Assembly: GCA_020137815.1 (NCBI GenBank)
Contig: CM035358.1
Span: forward strand, 186,001-250,000
Direction: 5' to 3'
DNA: 64,000 nucleotides
DNA from: Hormiphora californensis
Lineage: Eukaryota > Animalia > Ctenophora
In this document: positions 11,210 through 23,800 of the stretch, piece by piece
Position numbering within the stretch: the first letter of the stretch is position 1
How the letters are laid out: the number at the start of each line of letters is the position of its first letter
Made by a program: the position numbers and the translations under genes
Notes under the pieces: generated by a model
Told to the model about the DNA's origin: nothing
Seen by the model: the letters and a program-made list of their open reading frames with translations, nothing else
The model's database searches: none

Positions 11210-12625
11210 TTGGGTTTTTGAAAAAACGGCCATTACAATTTTGGCGAGGCGGGTAAATCATTTACTGTAACGCGCGAATTTTCCCAAAAAAGCGCTGCTT
11301 TTTTACGCCGCGCGCGGAACCTAGAATTACGCGCAGCTGATGTAAAATTTTAAAATTCATTGAAATTTTCCTCGCGTTTTATGTCGCCAAAAAAAAGTCG
11401 ACGAAAAATTCCAAATTCGTGAATTTAGAATTATAAGAACTCCGGTCAGTTCTCATCTTGCCAATCCGTTTTCCGGGAACCCCTGGCCAAAGGACATTAA
11501 AGTTCACATAACGACCAAGTTTCATATCGATTGGATAAGATTTTTGGCTACGGTGAAAAATATCGTATTTTTGGCATTTTTAATTTTCCCGACGCGATTT
11601 ACGACCCTTAAACATTGAGTTACGGGAAATCGCTATCATGTAAAATGAAGTTCAAACGATTCTCTTTCCCCACTATTGCGTTAGTTTTTTGATTTAGAGC
11701 CGTTTTCAGGGTCTTAGAAGCGTTTGAAAAATTGTAAGTATTTTTGGCGCAATGACGTCACCCCGTGACGTCACTGTTGTAAAGATCGGATCAAAAATCT
11801 GAGCCCGTACTTACACCCGCCTTGGTCCAAAGTACCAGTGTACAATTTTCAGGGGTCTAGCTCAAAAACTGTAGGAGGAGTAGGGAGAAAACAATTATCG
11901 GACTAACTTTTTGGAAATTATCCATATAATAAATTCCATAATGTTAGTCAGTCTGTCCGTTAATTGGTTTTTCAAACTCCTCCCACAGTTTTTGAGCTAG
12001 ACCCCTGAAAATTTGTACACGGGTACCTTGGACCAAGGCGGATGTAAGTACGGGCTCAGATTTTGATCCGATCTTTACAGCAGTGACGTCACGGGGTGAC
12101 GTCATTGCGACAAAAGACTTACATTTTTCAAACGCTTCTAAGACCCTGAAAACGGCTCTAAATCAAAAAACTAACGCAATAGTGGGGAAAGAGAATCGTT
12201 TGAACTTCATTTTACCAGATAGCGATTTCCCTTAACTCAATGTTTAAGGGTCGTAAATCGCGTCGGGAAAGTTAAAAATGCCAAAAATGCGATATTTTTC
12301 ACCGTAGCCACCCAAAATCTATCCAATCGATATGAAACTTGGTCGGTATGTGAATTTTAATGTCCTTTGGCCAGGGGTTCCAGGAAAACGGATTGGCAAG
12401 ATGAGAACTGACCGGAGTTCTTATAATTCTAAATTCACGAATTTGGAATTTTTCGTCGACTTTTTTTTGCGACATAAAACGCGAGGAAATTTTCAATGAA
12501 TTTTAAATTTTACACTGCGCGCGTAATTTTAGGTTCCGCGCGGCGTAAAAAGCAGCGCTTTTTTGGAAAAATTCGCGCGTTACAGTAAATGATTTACCCG
12601 CCTCGCCGTTTTTTCAAAAACCCAA
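11210..12625. mobile_element. 1.4 kb foldback element
   Basis: Two arms of about 700 bp are reverse complements around a centre near 11930. Confidence 0.85.
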
Positions 12626-13201
12626 TGTTTATCAGACCCCAATTTGATTCTCAGTGCGCTCAGATGGGTCGCGGCGCCAGACAGTATGATAGTAGGAGCG
12701 GTTAGATCACCACGTGGTGACTTTTCGAGACAAATGAGCAGAGAGAGGGAGTATGAGAGTATGACGGTGTGTGGGTAATTTATTATAATTTATTGATCAC
12801 CACGTGGTTAAAGTCGCGTGCCACCCCTTTTTGTGCATTGTCATAGCTCGGGTACTCTAGTTATATGGATTAAAATTTTTATAAAACTTCAAAAAAAATA
12901 TTTCACTTGATTGAAAAAACTCTTGGCCGGAATCTGCCACCGTACAGGGCGCCGCGCATTCAGAGAGGTCGCGCGGCGTTGTATTTGGCATTTGCGCGTG
13001 ATAATCGAGATCAAGTTCCTGGCAATCTTAAGACTTGAACCCGGAAGCGTTGGAAAGATAATTTTAAGACCTTTTCAACGCAACCAAGATCAGGTCTTTA
13101 TCTTATCAGGAACACGAGATATGAGCGAAAACGTTTAGCACGCGCAAATCGATTTTTGTAAATGCGCGGCCCCCTGTCCCTTGATTAAAAAATTCGACTA
13201 T

Positions 13202-13580
13202 ATAAGGAACCATTATAAAGTTCAAGAGCCTCCAAGAGCGCACCACAATCAAGAGAGACCAAAATCAGAGCACACCACAAATCAAGAGAGACCAAAATCA
13301 GAGCACACACAATCAAGAGAGACCAATCAAGAGCGCACACAATCAGAGAGACCAAATTCAAGAGCGCACCACATTTGGTATCTTCTGGATAGGGAGCTCT
13401 CTTGGATTAGGTGCGCTCTTGATTTGGTCTCTCTTGATTGTGGTGCGCTCTTGATTTGGTCTCTCTTGATTGTGGTGTGTCTTGTTTTGGTCTCTCTTGA
13501 TTGTGGTGTGCTCTTGATTTTGGTCTCTCTTGATTGTGGTGCGCTCTTGGAGGCTCTTGAACTTTATTATGGTTCCTTAT
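13202..13580. mobile_element. Foldback MITE with subterminal (caatcaagagagaccaaa-type) tandem repeats
   Basis: ataaggaaccattataaagttcaagagcc / ggctcttgaactttattatggttccttat. Confidence 0.8.
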
Positions 13581-14024
13581 CAGTTAGAGTTTTACTGTTG
13601 ATGGGATCTCATGAATGGGATGCCATTCAGTTAGAGTTTCCCCTAAGTATGCCAATTGAGTAGAAGTCCATTGCAGCAGGATCTCCCTGTGTGGTTCCTT
13701 CAGAGCTCCACAGTAGCTTTTCGCCAACAAAAAGTGCCCGTGGCTTCCCGTAGATGTTGGTTAGAAACGTGGACAGGTCAGGACAGTAGGTAGTATTCTT
13801 CAGGGCCATTTTTCGGTTGAGATTGTTAAACGCGTTCTGGGCGTCCAATAGCAGTACACCTTCACATTCCTCAGATTTAAACTTCTCACTAAGTGCATGG
13901 ATCGCTGCCTCCACACCTCCTAACTGACCTGCAGCCAGTTGAACCTTTCCAGCCGCACTCTTGATGTCTGACTTGATGGTGTGGATAATGGCTTTGGTCA
14001 TAACACGTCTGAAACACTCTCCTA

Positions 14025-14174
14025 TACTCCATTTTTTTTCAACTGTTCACCCCCAAAGTCGTGCACAGAATTGTTTTGCGCGATTATCACATGTTAACGT
14101 GTAGCGCGCGCCACCCAAATTCTAATTTTTATTAAATTTCAATTTTTGGGTGAACAGTTGAAAAAAATGGACTT
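14025..14174. mobile_element. 150-bp TA-TSD MITE inserted in the CRE RT domain
   Basis: Removing it and one TA restores RPVGI-GECFRRV. A second copy lies at 11041-11191. Confidence 0.85.
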
Positions 14175-14668
14175 TATTCCAACAGGACGTGTACCACCTC
14201 CAGGCTTGGCAAGGGGCATGAGGCGACTTGCACAGAAAATGTCCAAAGCTTTCAAGTCAACCTGCGCTGTGGCTAGGGTCCGAGCTACTTTTGCAAGCGC
14301 TGTGCACAGTGCTGGGGGTGATTTCTTGAATTTCCTGGAGCAAAGGATTCGGTGTATTCCTGTTGCATCTAGTCCACTTGGCCCTCCACTACCTTTGAGG
14401 CTTTTGCCGCATGAGAAAATCGTTTGCCCATTCAGACCATCAAAGGTGACTTCCAATACTGCATCTGTTGGCCCCTGTCTCGCCAGGGTACTGTTGGCAG
14501 ACTGACCCTTTGGGTGTTTCTCTAGCAGATCAGACAATACGGATTCGTCATTGCAGTCCTTAAAGTGAGAGTGGACCGACACAGAATTGGACAAGATTAT
14601 TGTAGGTAGTAGAGATTATTTTTCTGAGCATTTTGCTTTTTTCCCGCTTAAAATTGGCCCCTCCATAA

Positions 14669-14921
14669 GGGGAAACTCTAACTGAATGCCTGCACAGTAA
14701 TGGCGTCCCATCACTGGTAAAAATCTAACTGATAATGGGAGTCATCACTCTGTGCGCGTCAGGATTTGCCACAAATTTTGCCAAAAAAAGGCTTTTACGT
14801 AGGGTGCAATGACAAACACACGAGCATTGTCGCGCGTTCTTCCATCATTCCTTCCATTCAATTAGAGTTTTACCAGTGATGGGACGCCATTACTGCGCGG
14901 GCATTCAGTTAGAGTTTCCCC
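14669..14921. mobile_element. PIF/Harbinger-like MITE (GGGG...CCCC, 3-bp TNA target)
   Basis: ggggaaactctaactgaatg / cattcagttagagtttcccc; related copies at 13581-13643, 20944-23891 and 44037-44272. Confidence 0.75.
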
Positions 14922-16823
14922 TCACTGAGATACTTTTGTTATGTTGGGAGCATGACGTCACGCATCTATCTCTTGTATTCTGTATGTGTGCGTGCCCGGG
15001 CATGTTCGATTTACTGCCTACAGAGTTCCGAAGATGGGACATTGTGCTTCAATGGTTTCTGGATAACCTTGGCTTCCTGAACCAACGCCTCAAAGTCTCC
15101 ATCGTGCCACAGTTTTAGACGTCGTTCAAGAACTTGAGCATGCTCCCGATTCTTGGACTTCTTGGCCGGCTTCTGGAGTAGCAGCAGTGGGGCTATAACC
15201 AAAGCAAATAAGGACCATCATCTGGTGTCTTCCCTATCACTGAAGAGACCTGCCAGTCTGGTAAGTTCGTCGATGAAAGAACGGCCCACTTGACCGAAGG
15301 GAACTTTGAACAGGTTGGTTGACCAATGACCATCCCTGACTGATCATAGAGATGTTGGAGAAAGCCTCGATGAGCTCTTCCCCATTCAAAGGTCTCCAAC
15401 AGTTAGCTTTACATGGCTCTGTTGTCTTCCAAACTAATCTGTTTAGGTTGAAACAGGCAGTACAATTAATAATAATTAATAATAATACCACACTACAGGT
15501 GTATGAACCATTTGTTCAGATTGATTAACAGGTGTCATACATGTCTGGTGAAAAGGTTCATGACAGGCTTCACATTTGGCATTCTCATAGGATGGCAGTG
15601 TTTCATAGCATTGCCCACACTTCTCTTCTGTAAACCACCTCGACTCATTTATCAATCTGCTTATGGGCGTTGAGTTTGAAATGGGCGTTCCCCTTGCGAT
15701 GCTGGTGTTGGGAGTAGCATAATCGTGGTCACCGTCTGAAGCCGATCCTGAGCTGTCGGAGAATAGAGAGTCGTCAGATGTAGGGGATACGACAAACGAT
15801 CTGAGGTGAGCTTGTGGGTGGAACGGTCTGTGTAGGGATGATGACGGCCTAAGGGGTACTGGTGAGAGACGGGCCTTGGCTTTGGATCGCGTGATCATGT
15901 GATTTGGGTAGTGAGTGATTGTTGAAAATTCTCAACTTGTTGGGTGTATGAATATTTAAGTCCTTTCCGCGGCCCGGATAATTCCGGGAAGAACTTTAAC
16001 GTTTTGTTGAGTGCTCTCAACTAGAAAAGGAAAATAAAGAAGAGATCTTGTTGATCTTAAAGTGAGAGTGGACCTGATCAGATTTGGACAAGTTTGTTGT
16101 AGGTAGTAGAGTGTAACACTTTGTAACACTTTGTAACACTTTGTAACATGTGCAGAAAACTTTTTGTGCACGTTACGCGTTACAAAGTGTTACAAAGTGT
16201 TTCATAGTGTTACAAAGTGTTACAAAGTGTTACATAGTGTTACAAAGTGTTACATAGTGTTACAAATTGTTACAAATTGTTACAAAATTTTACGTATTCG
16301 TATTCGGCTGAACCTAAGACACTGTTTCATGGTGTTTTATGCAACATATTAGCTCAAAATCGGGTGTACGGACCGGTTTTAACTAGTTTTGATTGATTTA
16401 TTGATTGAACTGTCTCACAGCCCAAATTTTGGGACCCAACCCACTATTTTCCGAAAAATCCCAGCTATCTCTCTCTCTCTCTCTCCTCTCGTCTCTCCCT
16501 CTGAAAGTGCCCAATAGACAGACTGCGTAGCATAGCAAGGTTAACTCAGACTGTCTGTCTGATGTGATCGTGATGACTGGTCGGCATCCCGTCCTACTCC
16601 CCAGGATGCAGGGAATAGGGATCTAGAACCAGCCCAAATACCCCCATAGTTCTGCCCCTCTTCTTAAACTGAAATCTTACACTTTTCAAAATCCCTTCAT
16701 ATCTGAAATGTTGACAATATGGTGGTACTGAGCACATGCGTCTCCTTCGGGTCTTTTATATAAATATTATAATAACACGGTGCCGACAGTAGCTTGCTTC
16801 TTAGTGGCCATACCGTAATCCTA

Positions 16824-17198
16824 CCAAACCAAACCAAACCAAACCAAACCAAACCAAACCAAACCAAACCAAACCAAACCAAACCAAACCAAACCAAACC
16901 AAACCAAACCAAACCAAACCAAACCAAACCAAACCAAACCAAACCAAACCAAACCAAACCAGAGAGAAAAAGAGAGAGAGAAAGAGAGAGACAGAGAGAG
17001 AGAGAGGTAGAGAGAGCGAGAGCGAGAGCGAGAGAGACAGAGCGAGAGCGAGAGCGAGAGCGAGAGAGACAGAGACAGAGACAGAGACAGAGACAGAGAC
17101 AGAGACAGAGACAGAGACAGAGACAGAGACAGAGACAGAGACAGAGACAGAGACAGAGACAGAGACAGAGACAGAGACAGAGACAGAGACAGACAGAC

Positions 17199-17268
<70 letters not shown>
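16824..17268. repeat. Compound microsatellite (CCAAA)n-(GAGCGA)n-(GAGACA)n-(GA)n
   Basis: Direct reading. Confidence 0.95.
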
Positions 17269-17274
<6 letters not shown>

Positions 17275-18246
17275 TGTAGAGTTGTCCCTCCTATGAGAGG
17301 GACACACAAAAATAAACACACAAGAACATTCATAACGTCCCACAAACTTGTTGGGTAAGGGATTTTCCGATGTAACGGGAGGAGGAGGATGGGAATGGTA
17401 CCTGAAATAGCTAAACAAAAATCATCGCATTATGTATTCATAATGCGGTGTTTCCCTGCCACAAATAGTTGTAAGATTGATGACCAAGCTTCAAAACTGG
17501 ATTTCCTGATGAATTTTGCGCTCAAGGAGCATTTTTTGGCTGATGCGAGTTATCTCGACCAAAACGCAGAGTTTTTACGTCAGCCGACCCGAAACCGGAT
17601 TAAATTTGGCCACCCGCTGGTCTCAGGGCCTCAAAATATGTCAAAATATATTTAAATTATCATTTGGGGTCATTACATGTAACTACCCTTTAATTACATG
17701 TAATTACCCTTTAATTACATGTAATTACATTTTAATTACATGTAATTACTTCCAATTACATTCCAATTAATTCAGCACCTCGAGAGCTTTCGAACGCACC
17801 CTAGAACACCTTTCTTACTGCTTCTAATTGCCGAGTTCAGCATACCCCTTATTTTGACTGTTTTTCGCGTCCTACCCCTTATAGGTTTGGGTATGGCCAT
17901 CGCCACACCCCCGTCGCGGGACCTCGATACCTTTCCAACGAGCCATAGGACACCTCTACTACTTCAGGGGGCTTCAAAACTTTCACTCTAAAAATATCTA
18001 TGGTTATGGTTATGGTTATGGTTATGGTTTTTTGGCATCTGTTATAGAGGGCCTGTCGGCTCGGCCCCGTTGTTTTAGGGGGGATGGGTTGAGATTGGGT
18101 TATGTTCGGGTCGGGGGGCCTTGCCAGGCCCCGAAATTTAGACCAGGAAGACGGCTTTTGACCACACACAAAAGGGAGACCACACTTACGAAAGATAATC
18201 GTCTAAACTTTCTTAAATTCAATTAATATGTCGTTATTACTGTTTA

Positions 18247-18689
18247 GGGTATACACTGGCTATTTGAAACAGCTGCTAACTAGAAACAGTGTCTGACAAT
18301 CTGAAACATGCGCACTGGTTATTTGAAACGGGTTCCCCGATCATGTGTTTGAGATTTTACATTGTATTGCGAGTTATCTGCTCTCTGATTGGGTGATATC
18401 GTGTGACGTGTGCTGCTGCTACAGAGGGAGAGATGTATCTTACACACACTGCAGTATGTGAAGGGTCTTCATGGTTAGATAATAGATAAAAATATGTTGT
18501 GTGTAGCGGTGCCGTTTGTACACTGTACCCAGACAGACAGAGGGAGAGATAGAGCCGTTGATTGTAGTATTGAACCTAATTACACACTTTTCACTTTACT
18601 TGTCAGAGTACTACAATTGATTCTTTTTTACATTGAAAAGATCGAGAGACAGAAAGAGAGAGAAAGAGAGAGAGTGAGGGAGAGAAAGG

Positions 18690-18767
<78 letters not shown>

Positions 18768-19540
18768 AACTTACCCCTATGTACCTCGTTCTACCTACCT
18801 TTACTCCGCAGGCCCTCCGGGCCCTCAGATCCAACAAGATCCGGGCCCGGGGGATTCAACCCTGCTCTCGCATGGGACCTTACGGCCATATAACCATTCA
18901 ATATGTAACACAGAATGCATTTTTAAACCTCTGGTACCTTGTTTAAATAAGCAACACCAATGAAGCAGGTCGAAACCGGCAATATTATTGCCTGGCAAGC
19001 GATTCTGGTAACTTGAAACACCGTGGAGGGCTATTTAAAACACTTTTCTCCAAATCCGCTGTCGGAAATTTTTGATGTTCATTTTGAGCATAGGGAGGAT
19101 ATGAATTATGAGTTTAGCCAATTCCGCCAAAAATTGGTCGAATTTGGGGCAAAAACTGTTTTCCTGGCTATTTGAAACAATTTTTGGAAACATTCACTGC
19201 ACCAAGCACATGTAACAAAATTCAGATTTCAGACATGGAATGGCTCTGTACAACCCTTGTCTAACTATTCCATGTCGAAAATCTCGGTTTCGTGGACGAA
19301 TTGAGGGAGATACGGCTGTTTCAAATTAGCAGACTGAGGCGGTCTAATTGAAACAGCAAATTTGGATAGAAATCACGTGACCCTGACCACGGAAGACAAA
19401 ATGAGAAATCTCAAACCACTTCAAAAACTACCCTGGGACTGTCTCGGTAACATAGGGTGAAAAAATTTTGGGTTCGACTTGATTTGTGGACATGCAAAGG
19501 AAAAAAGTGAAAAACTGTTTCAAATAGCCAGTGTCTACCC
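18247..19540. mobile_element. TA-flanked TIR element with an internal (GA)n tract
   Basis: gggtatacactggctatttgaaacag / ctgtttcaaatagccagtgtctaccc. Confidence 0.75.
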
Positions 19541-19542
19541 TA

Positions 19543-19808
19543 ATAGCCCAACTGGTCATTTCGAAAAATCAGATACAAACACATTAATGTGCCGCACTGT
19601 ATATGAGTTACTCCAACCCTCCAGTTTCAATGCTTGTTTAACGAAGGAAGTAACCAAGCGATCCACTGGATTCGATATATCTAGGCGCACGAATCTAGTG
19701 ATGGCACCTCGTACCGTTGAACGGTCGATTGATTCAATGACCTGTTGTATACAGTGCGGCACATTAATGTGTTTGTATCTGATTTTTCGAAATGACCAGT
19801 TGGGCTAT
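19543..19808. mobile_element. TA-flanked MITE
   Basis: About 60-bp TIR atagcccaactggtcatttcgaaaaatcag... and its reverse complement. Confidence 0.85.
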
Positions 19809-19909
19809 TAAACAGTAATCACGACATATTAATTGGAATTCGTGATCTTCTTTCTTAAATTGTGTCTGAAATGATAAGACTGTATGAAAATAGATATGAC
19901 GATAGACTA

Positions 19910-20605
19910 GGGTAAACCGGGGCAAAATTGTTAACTTTTTACTTAATCGGTTCTCACTCCCATTTAAAAAAAGATACAATGAAAAAAACTCTAGAGACCA
20001 TCATTTACTTAACTAAATAACTAATTTAAAAATTTTGGTCGGAAAAAATGGTACCGGGGCAATTCGGACAACACCAATAGGAGTGCTTTATTTCGTCACG
20101 TGGGAGTCACGTGAACGTCCTCACAACACCAGAAGAAGATTCCTGCCTTGTGTTGTTAGAGGTGGGGGCAATTCGAACAATGTAATCTCCACGCAATCTA
20201 CACGCTGGTCGTTCTAGTTCTAATTGCCCCGGTATCACGTGGTACAAAGAACTGCACATCATTGGCCCGGTTCACTAACCAAATTGCCCCGGTTCGAATT
20301 GCCCCGGTTGTTCGAATTGCCCCGGTAATCTTAATTTACCAGAATTTGTAATGAAAACATGCGAATATCCAAATAATTTTTATACCATCTGAAAGCTAAT
20401 ATTATTAGCTTTCAACTGGTTTTTTCAAATCGGAAATTGACCAAATTAAACCTGATCTAGAGCATATTTAGTGGTAACGGGCAGGCTCGAACGAGCAGTT
20501 TTCTTCTGGAGATAGGATGACGTCATTATGATAGCTTAACTAGGTGAGAGACGGGCAGTACATTGTTCGAATTGCCCCGGTTGTTCGAATTGCCCCGGTT
20601 TACCC
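19910..20605. mobile_element. gggtaaaccggggc-family MITE
   Basis: TIR gggtaaaccggggcaa / ttgccccggtttaccc, TA-flanked. Confidence 0.8.
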
Positions 20606-20683
20606 TATCGTCATATCTATTTTCACATAGAGCTACAATGCTACATGCTCATTTTACATTTTAACACGTTTCTTCTTTATTAG

Positions 20684-20872
20684 TATCAGAGTGTCTCAGC
20701 GGTGACTTTCCAAAGTCAAACAGAGGAACGTATCTTCCTAATCAACTTAGTTATACAACAAATGACACTGTAACTATAACCTGCAATTACGCTGCAAAAG
20801 ACAGTGCTGATGAAGTTACATCAACGTGCAATTCCGACGGAACTTGGCACCCCGCTCTCCCTGAGTGTGTAG
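20684..20872 (+). CDS. Crumbs-like gene exon: Sushi/CCP domain 1
   Basis: SECLSGDFP...YTTNDTVTITCN...STCNSDGTWHPALPECV, flanked by ag and gtaag. Confidence 0.8.
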
Positions 20873-23800
20873 GTAAGATGTAAAGGAATCAGCTGAGGAG
20901 CTGGGAAGTATTGAAAATGAGTTTGAATTAAGAGTCTCGATAAGGGGAAACTCTATCCGAATGGTGGTCTATTATTGGAGCTCCATAATCAGGTCTGCTT
21001 TTATTTCACCGTACCCTACGTAAATTGTAAAAGTTTGTAAAGTCCGTTTTAGGAGCATCTTGAGTAGAATAGCGCAAATTCGGTCTCAATATCAGGATCA
21101 TATACAGTCGGACCCCGATTTAGGGGCCCCCGATTTAGTGGCACCCCGATTTAGGGACAGGATTTTTTGGTAGTATAGCATACTACCTACGGAACGTTTG
21201 AGGACACATTGAGGACACATTGAGGACACATTGAGGACAGGTTGTGGACAGGTTGAGGACAGGTTGAGGACACATTGTGGACAGGTTGAGGACACATTGA
21301 GGACACATTGAGGACACATTGAGTAACGATTGCCCATCAATCGTGGACACATTGAGGACAGGTTGAGGACACGTTGAGGACACATTGAGGACACATTGAG
21401 GACATATTGTGGACACATTGAGGACAGTCTGAGGACAGGTTGTGGACAGGTTGAGGACAGGTTGAGGACACATTGTGGACAGGTTGTGGACAGGTTGAGG
21501 ACACATTGTGGACAAATTTGGGAAATTAGAGGTGAAAGCTTCTATTTTCGTTGTGGACACATTGAGGACACATTGAGGACACATTGAGGACACATTGGGG
21601 ACATATTGAGGACACATTGAGGACACATTGAGGACATATTGAGGACACATTGAGGACACATTGAGGACACATTGAGGACACATTGAGGACACATTGGGGA
21701 CACATTGGGGACACATTGAGGACACATTGAGGACACATTGAGGACACATTGGGGACATTAGATTTAAAAACTTCTATTTTTGTTGTGGATACATTGAGGA
21801 CACACTGATTACAACTACTGCATGTAAGACATATAATTAATTTGCACCTTAATTAACCACTTCCTCCTGGTTTTGAATACAAATGAAAGACATTAATTGT
21901 ATTTGGAACTAATCAGCAGTGAAATAAACAAACAGATACAATAACTGAATAACTGAAAATCTCCTCGGGCTACTCAACACCAATTGCGATAATACAACAA
22001 CTCTGGCAATAGCATAGAAAACAGTTTGTTCATATCAGACACGGTCGTTGCTCCCTTCTGTTTTAACCAAGCATACTCAGTGATGTCCAACTGAAGGGTC
22101 ATGCTGGTCCGTCTTCCTCCGTCACGAATGCCGGTATGCCTCTTCAGATGAGTCCAAAGGCCCTCTATGGCGTTCGTGTGGGCTCCGGTCGCTTGACAAA
22201 CAAAGTTTGTTGAGTGGTTCACGGTGAAGTGGGTGTAGCCGTGTTGACTAAGGTTCTGATAGGCGGCCCAACCGTCAGTGATGATGATGGTCCCAGGGAG
22301 AATGTGTCCACGATTGATGGGCAATCGTTACTCAATGTGTCCTCAATGTGTCCTCAATGTGTCCTCAACCTGTCCACAACCTGTCCACAATGTGTCCTCA
22401 ACCTGTCCTCAACCTGTCCACAACCTGTCCTCAATGTGTCCTCAATGTGTCCTCAATGTGTCCTCAAACGTTCCGTAGGTAGTATGTTATACTACCGATT
22501 TTTTCCCCAAAAATTTTTTGATTTTTTTTTGTGAAATTTTTTTGAAAATTTTTCAAAAAGATACCAGCCACGTCCGAATCGTGTTTCGAATCAGTGAATC
22601 TTATCGCATGTCCTGCTGCTAATTAGACGGTTCGGAACGAACCGATACGTGATCCCCATGGGGCCATTGAATCACAAGTTTACCAAGCGTCAAAATTTCG
22701 ATTCGATGGGGATCACGTTTCGATTCGTTCCGAACCGTCTAATTAGCAGCAGGACATGCGATAAGATGCACCGATTCGAAACACGATTCGGACGTGGCTG
22801 GTATACCTTTAAAAAAAAATTTTCGCAAAATTTTACGGTACGATTGTCAATGCTTTGATCGGTGCTCCCCATAAATTTTGAGAGAAAAAGTTATTTTGAA
22901 ATTTTGATACTTCCTCACCCGCTTAGGGTGCCCCGATTCGGCATGGTATCACGTATCGGTTCGTTTCGAATCCGCTAATCCGCGACACACCTACTCACAG
23001 GGCACTGCCACCTTAACTACCACATGAAAAAATTAAAAAAAGTCGAGACCACAACCTGTGCAGCATGTGGGATGGAAGACGAGACAATAAAGCATGTACT
23101 TACTGAATGCCCCGCCCTTTGGAAACTCCGACAGGAATCCTTTGACAGGCTGGGCCTCAGCATGTACGAAATTAGACACCATCAACCCCTTAGAAAAACG
23201 ATCTCGTTCTATAAGAAGGCGATGGAGATACTTCACCCCCCTGAAACCACCCCTTAAAGGGAGGTTTCCCCTGTGACTTGGTATGGCACCAGCTCCCCAA
23301 GTCTCCTTGGGCCGAAGCAGTTGGCAACATACCAGCCACACCACCCAGGACGGGGAACGGGAGCCTCATGGCACCCACCCCTTACTGGCTAGTGCTTCGC
23401 ACTAGCCAGCGTCCTCCCAGAAGAAGAAGAAGAAGAATCCGCTAATTAGACAGGACATCCAGTATGCTGCACCGATTCGAAACACAAATCGGACGGGCTG
23501 GTATAACTTAGAAAATTTTTCACATTTTTTTGAAAAAAAAATTATTTTATATTTTTCCATTTCTAATCAGAAATGATGATGTCATCAATACATGAATATT
23601 GCATATATGTAACAGTTAGAGGTGTTTTTAGTCTTAATAATATAGCATTTTAATTTGGGCATAAAATAGGTTTTTATGGGCCAAATATGGCTCACCCCGA
23701 TTTAGTGGACACCCCGATTTAGTGGACAAGACCCTTTCCCCCGAGGGTGTCCCTAAATCGGGGTCCGACTGTATCACGGTTACAAAGCTTTTGTGGATGG

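Larger units (their letters stand above)
9385..15898 (-). mobile_element. CRE-clade RLE non-LTR retrotransposon, fragmented by many MITE insertions
   Basis: Collinear pieces: PHD-like Cys/His finger (about 15540-15620); RRLKLWHDGD (15011-15202); GSGGPSG...RLMPLAK.GGTRPVGI (14175-14560); DAQNAFN...GTTQGDP (13647-14024); CVCG..H...C zinc knuckle with RHDNIRD and ARMDV (9600-10267); DVRIFH...KKKSY...FSPLVM RLE tail. Confidence 0.85.

Noticed and set aside
14025-14174. Idea that the MITEs in the CRE ORF are spliceable introners
   Set aside because: On the coding strand this insert begins AAGT and ends AGTA with a TA duplication, so there are no GT-AG ends that restore the frame; the CRE also has other lesions.
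20638-20683. In-frame ATG upstream of the first Sushi exon as the Crumbs start
   Set aside because: In-frame TAA at 20662-20664 and no signal-peptide character; the region reads better as a polypyrimidine tract and acceptor.
21196-21760. CRISPR-like look of the gaggacacatt and gtgttacaaa arrays
   Set aside because: They are head-to-tail repeats without unique spacers, lie inside transposon TIRs, and the context is eukaryotic.
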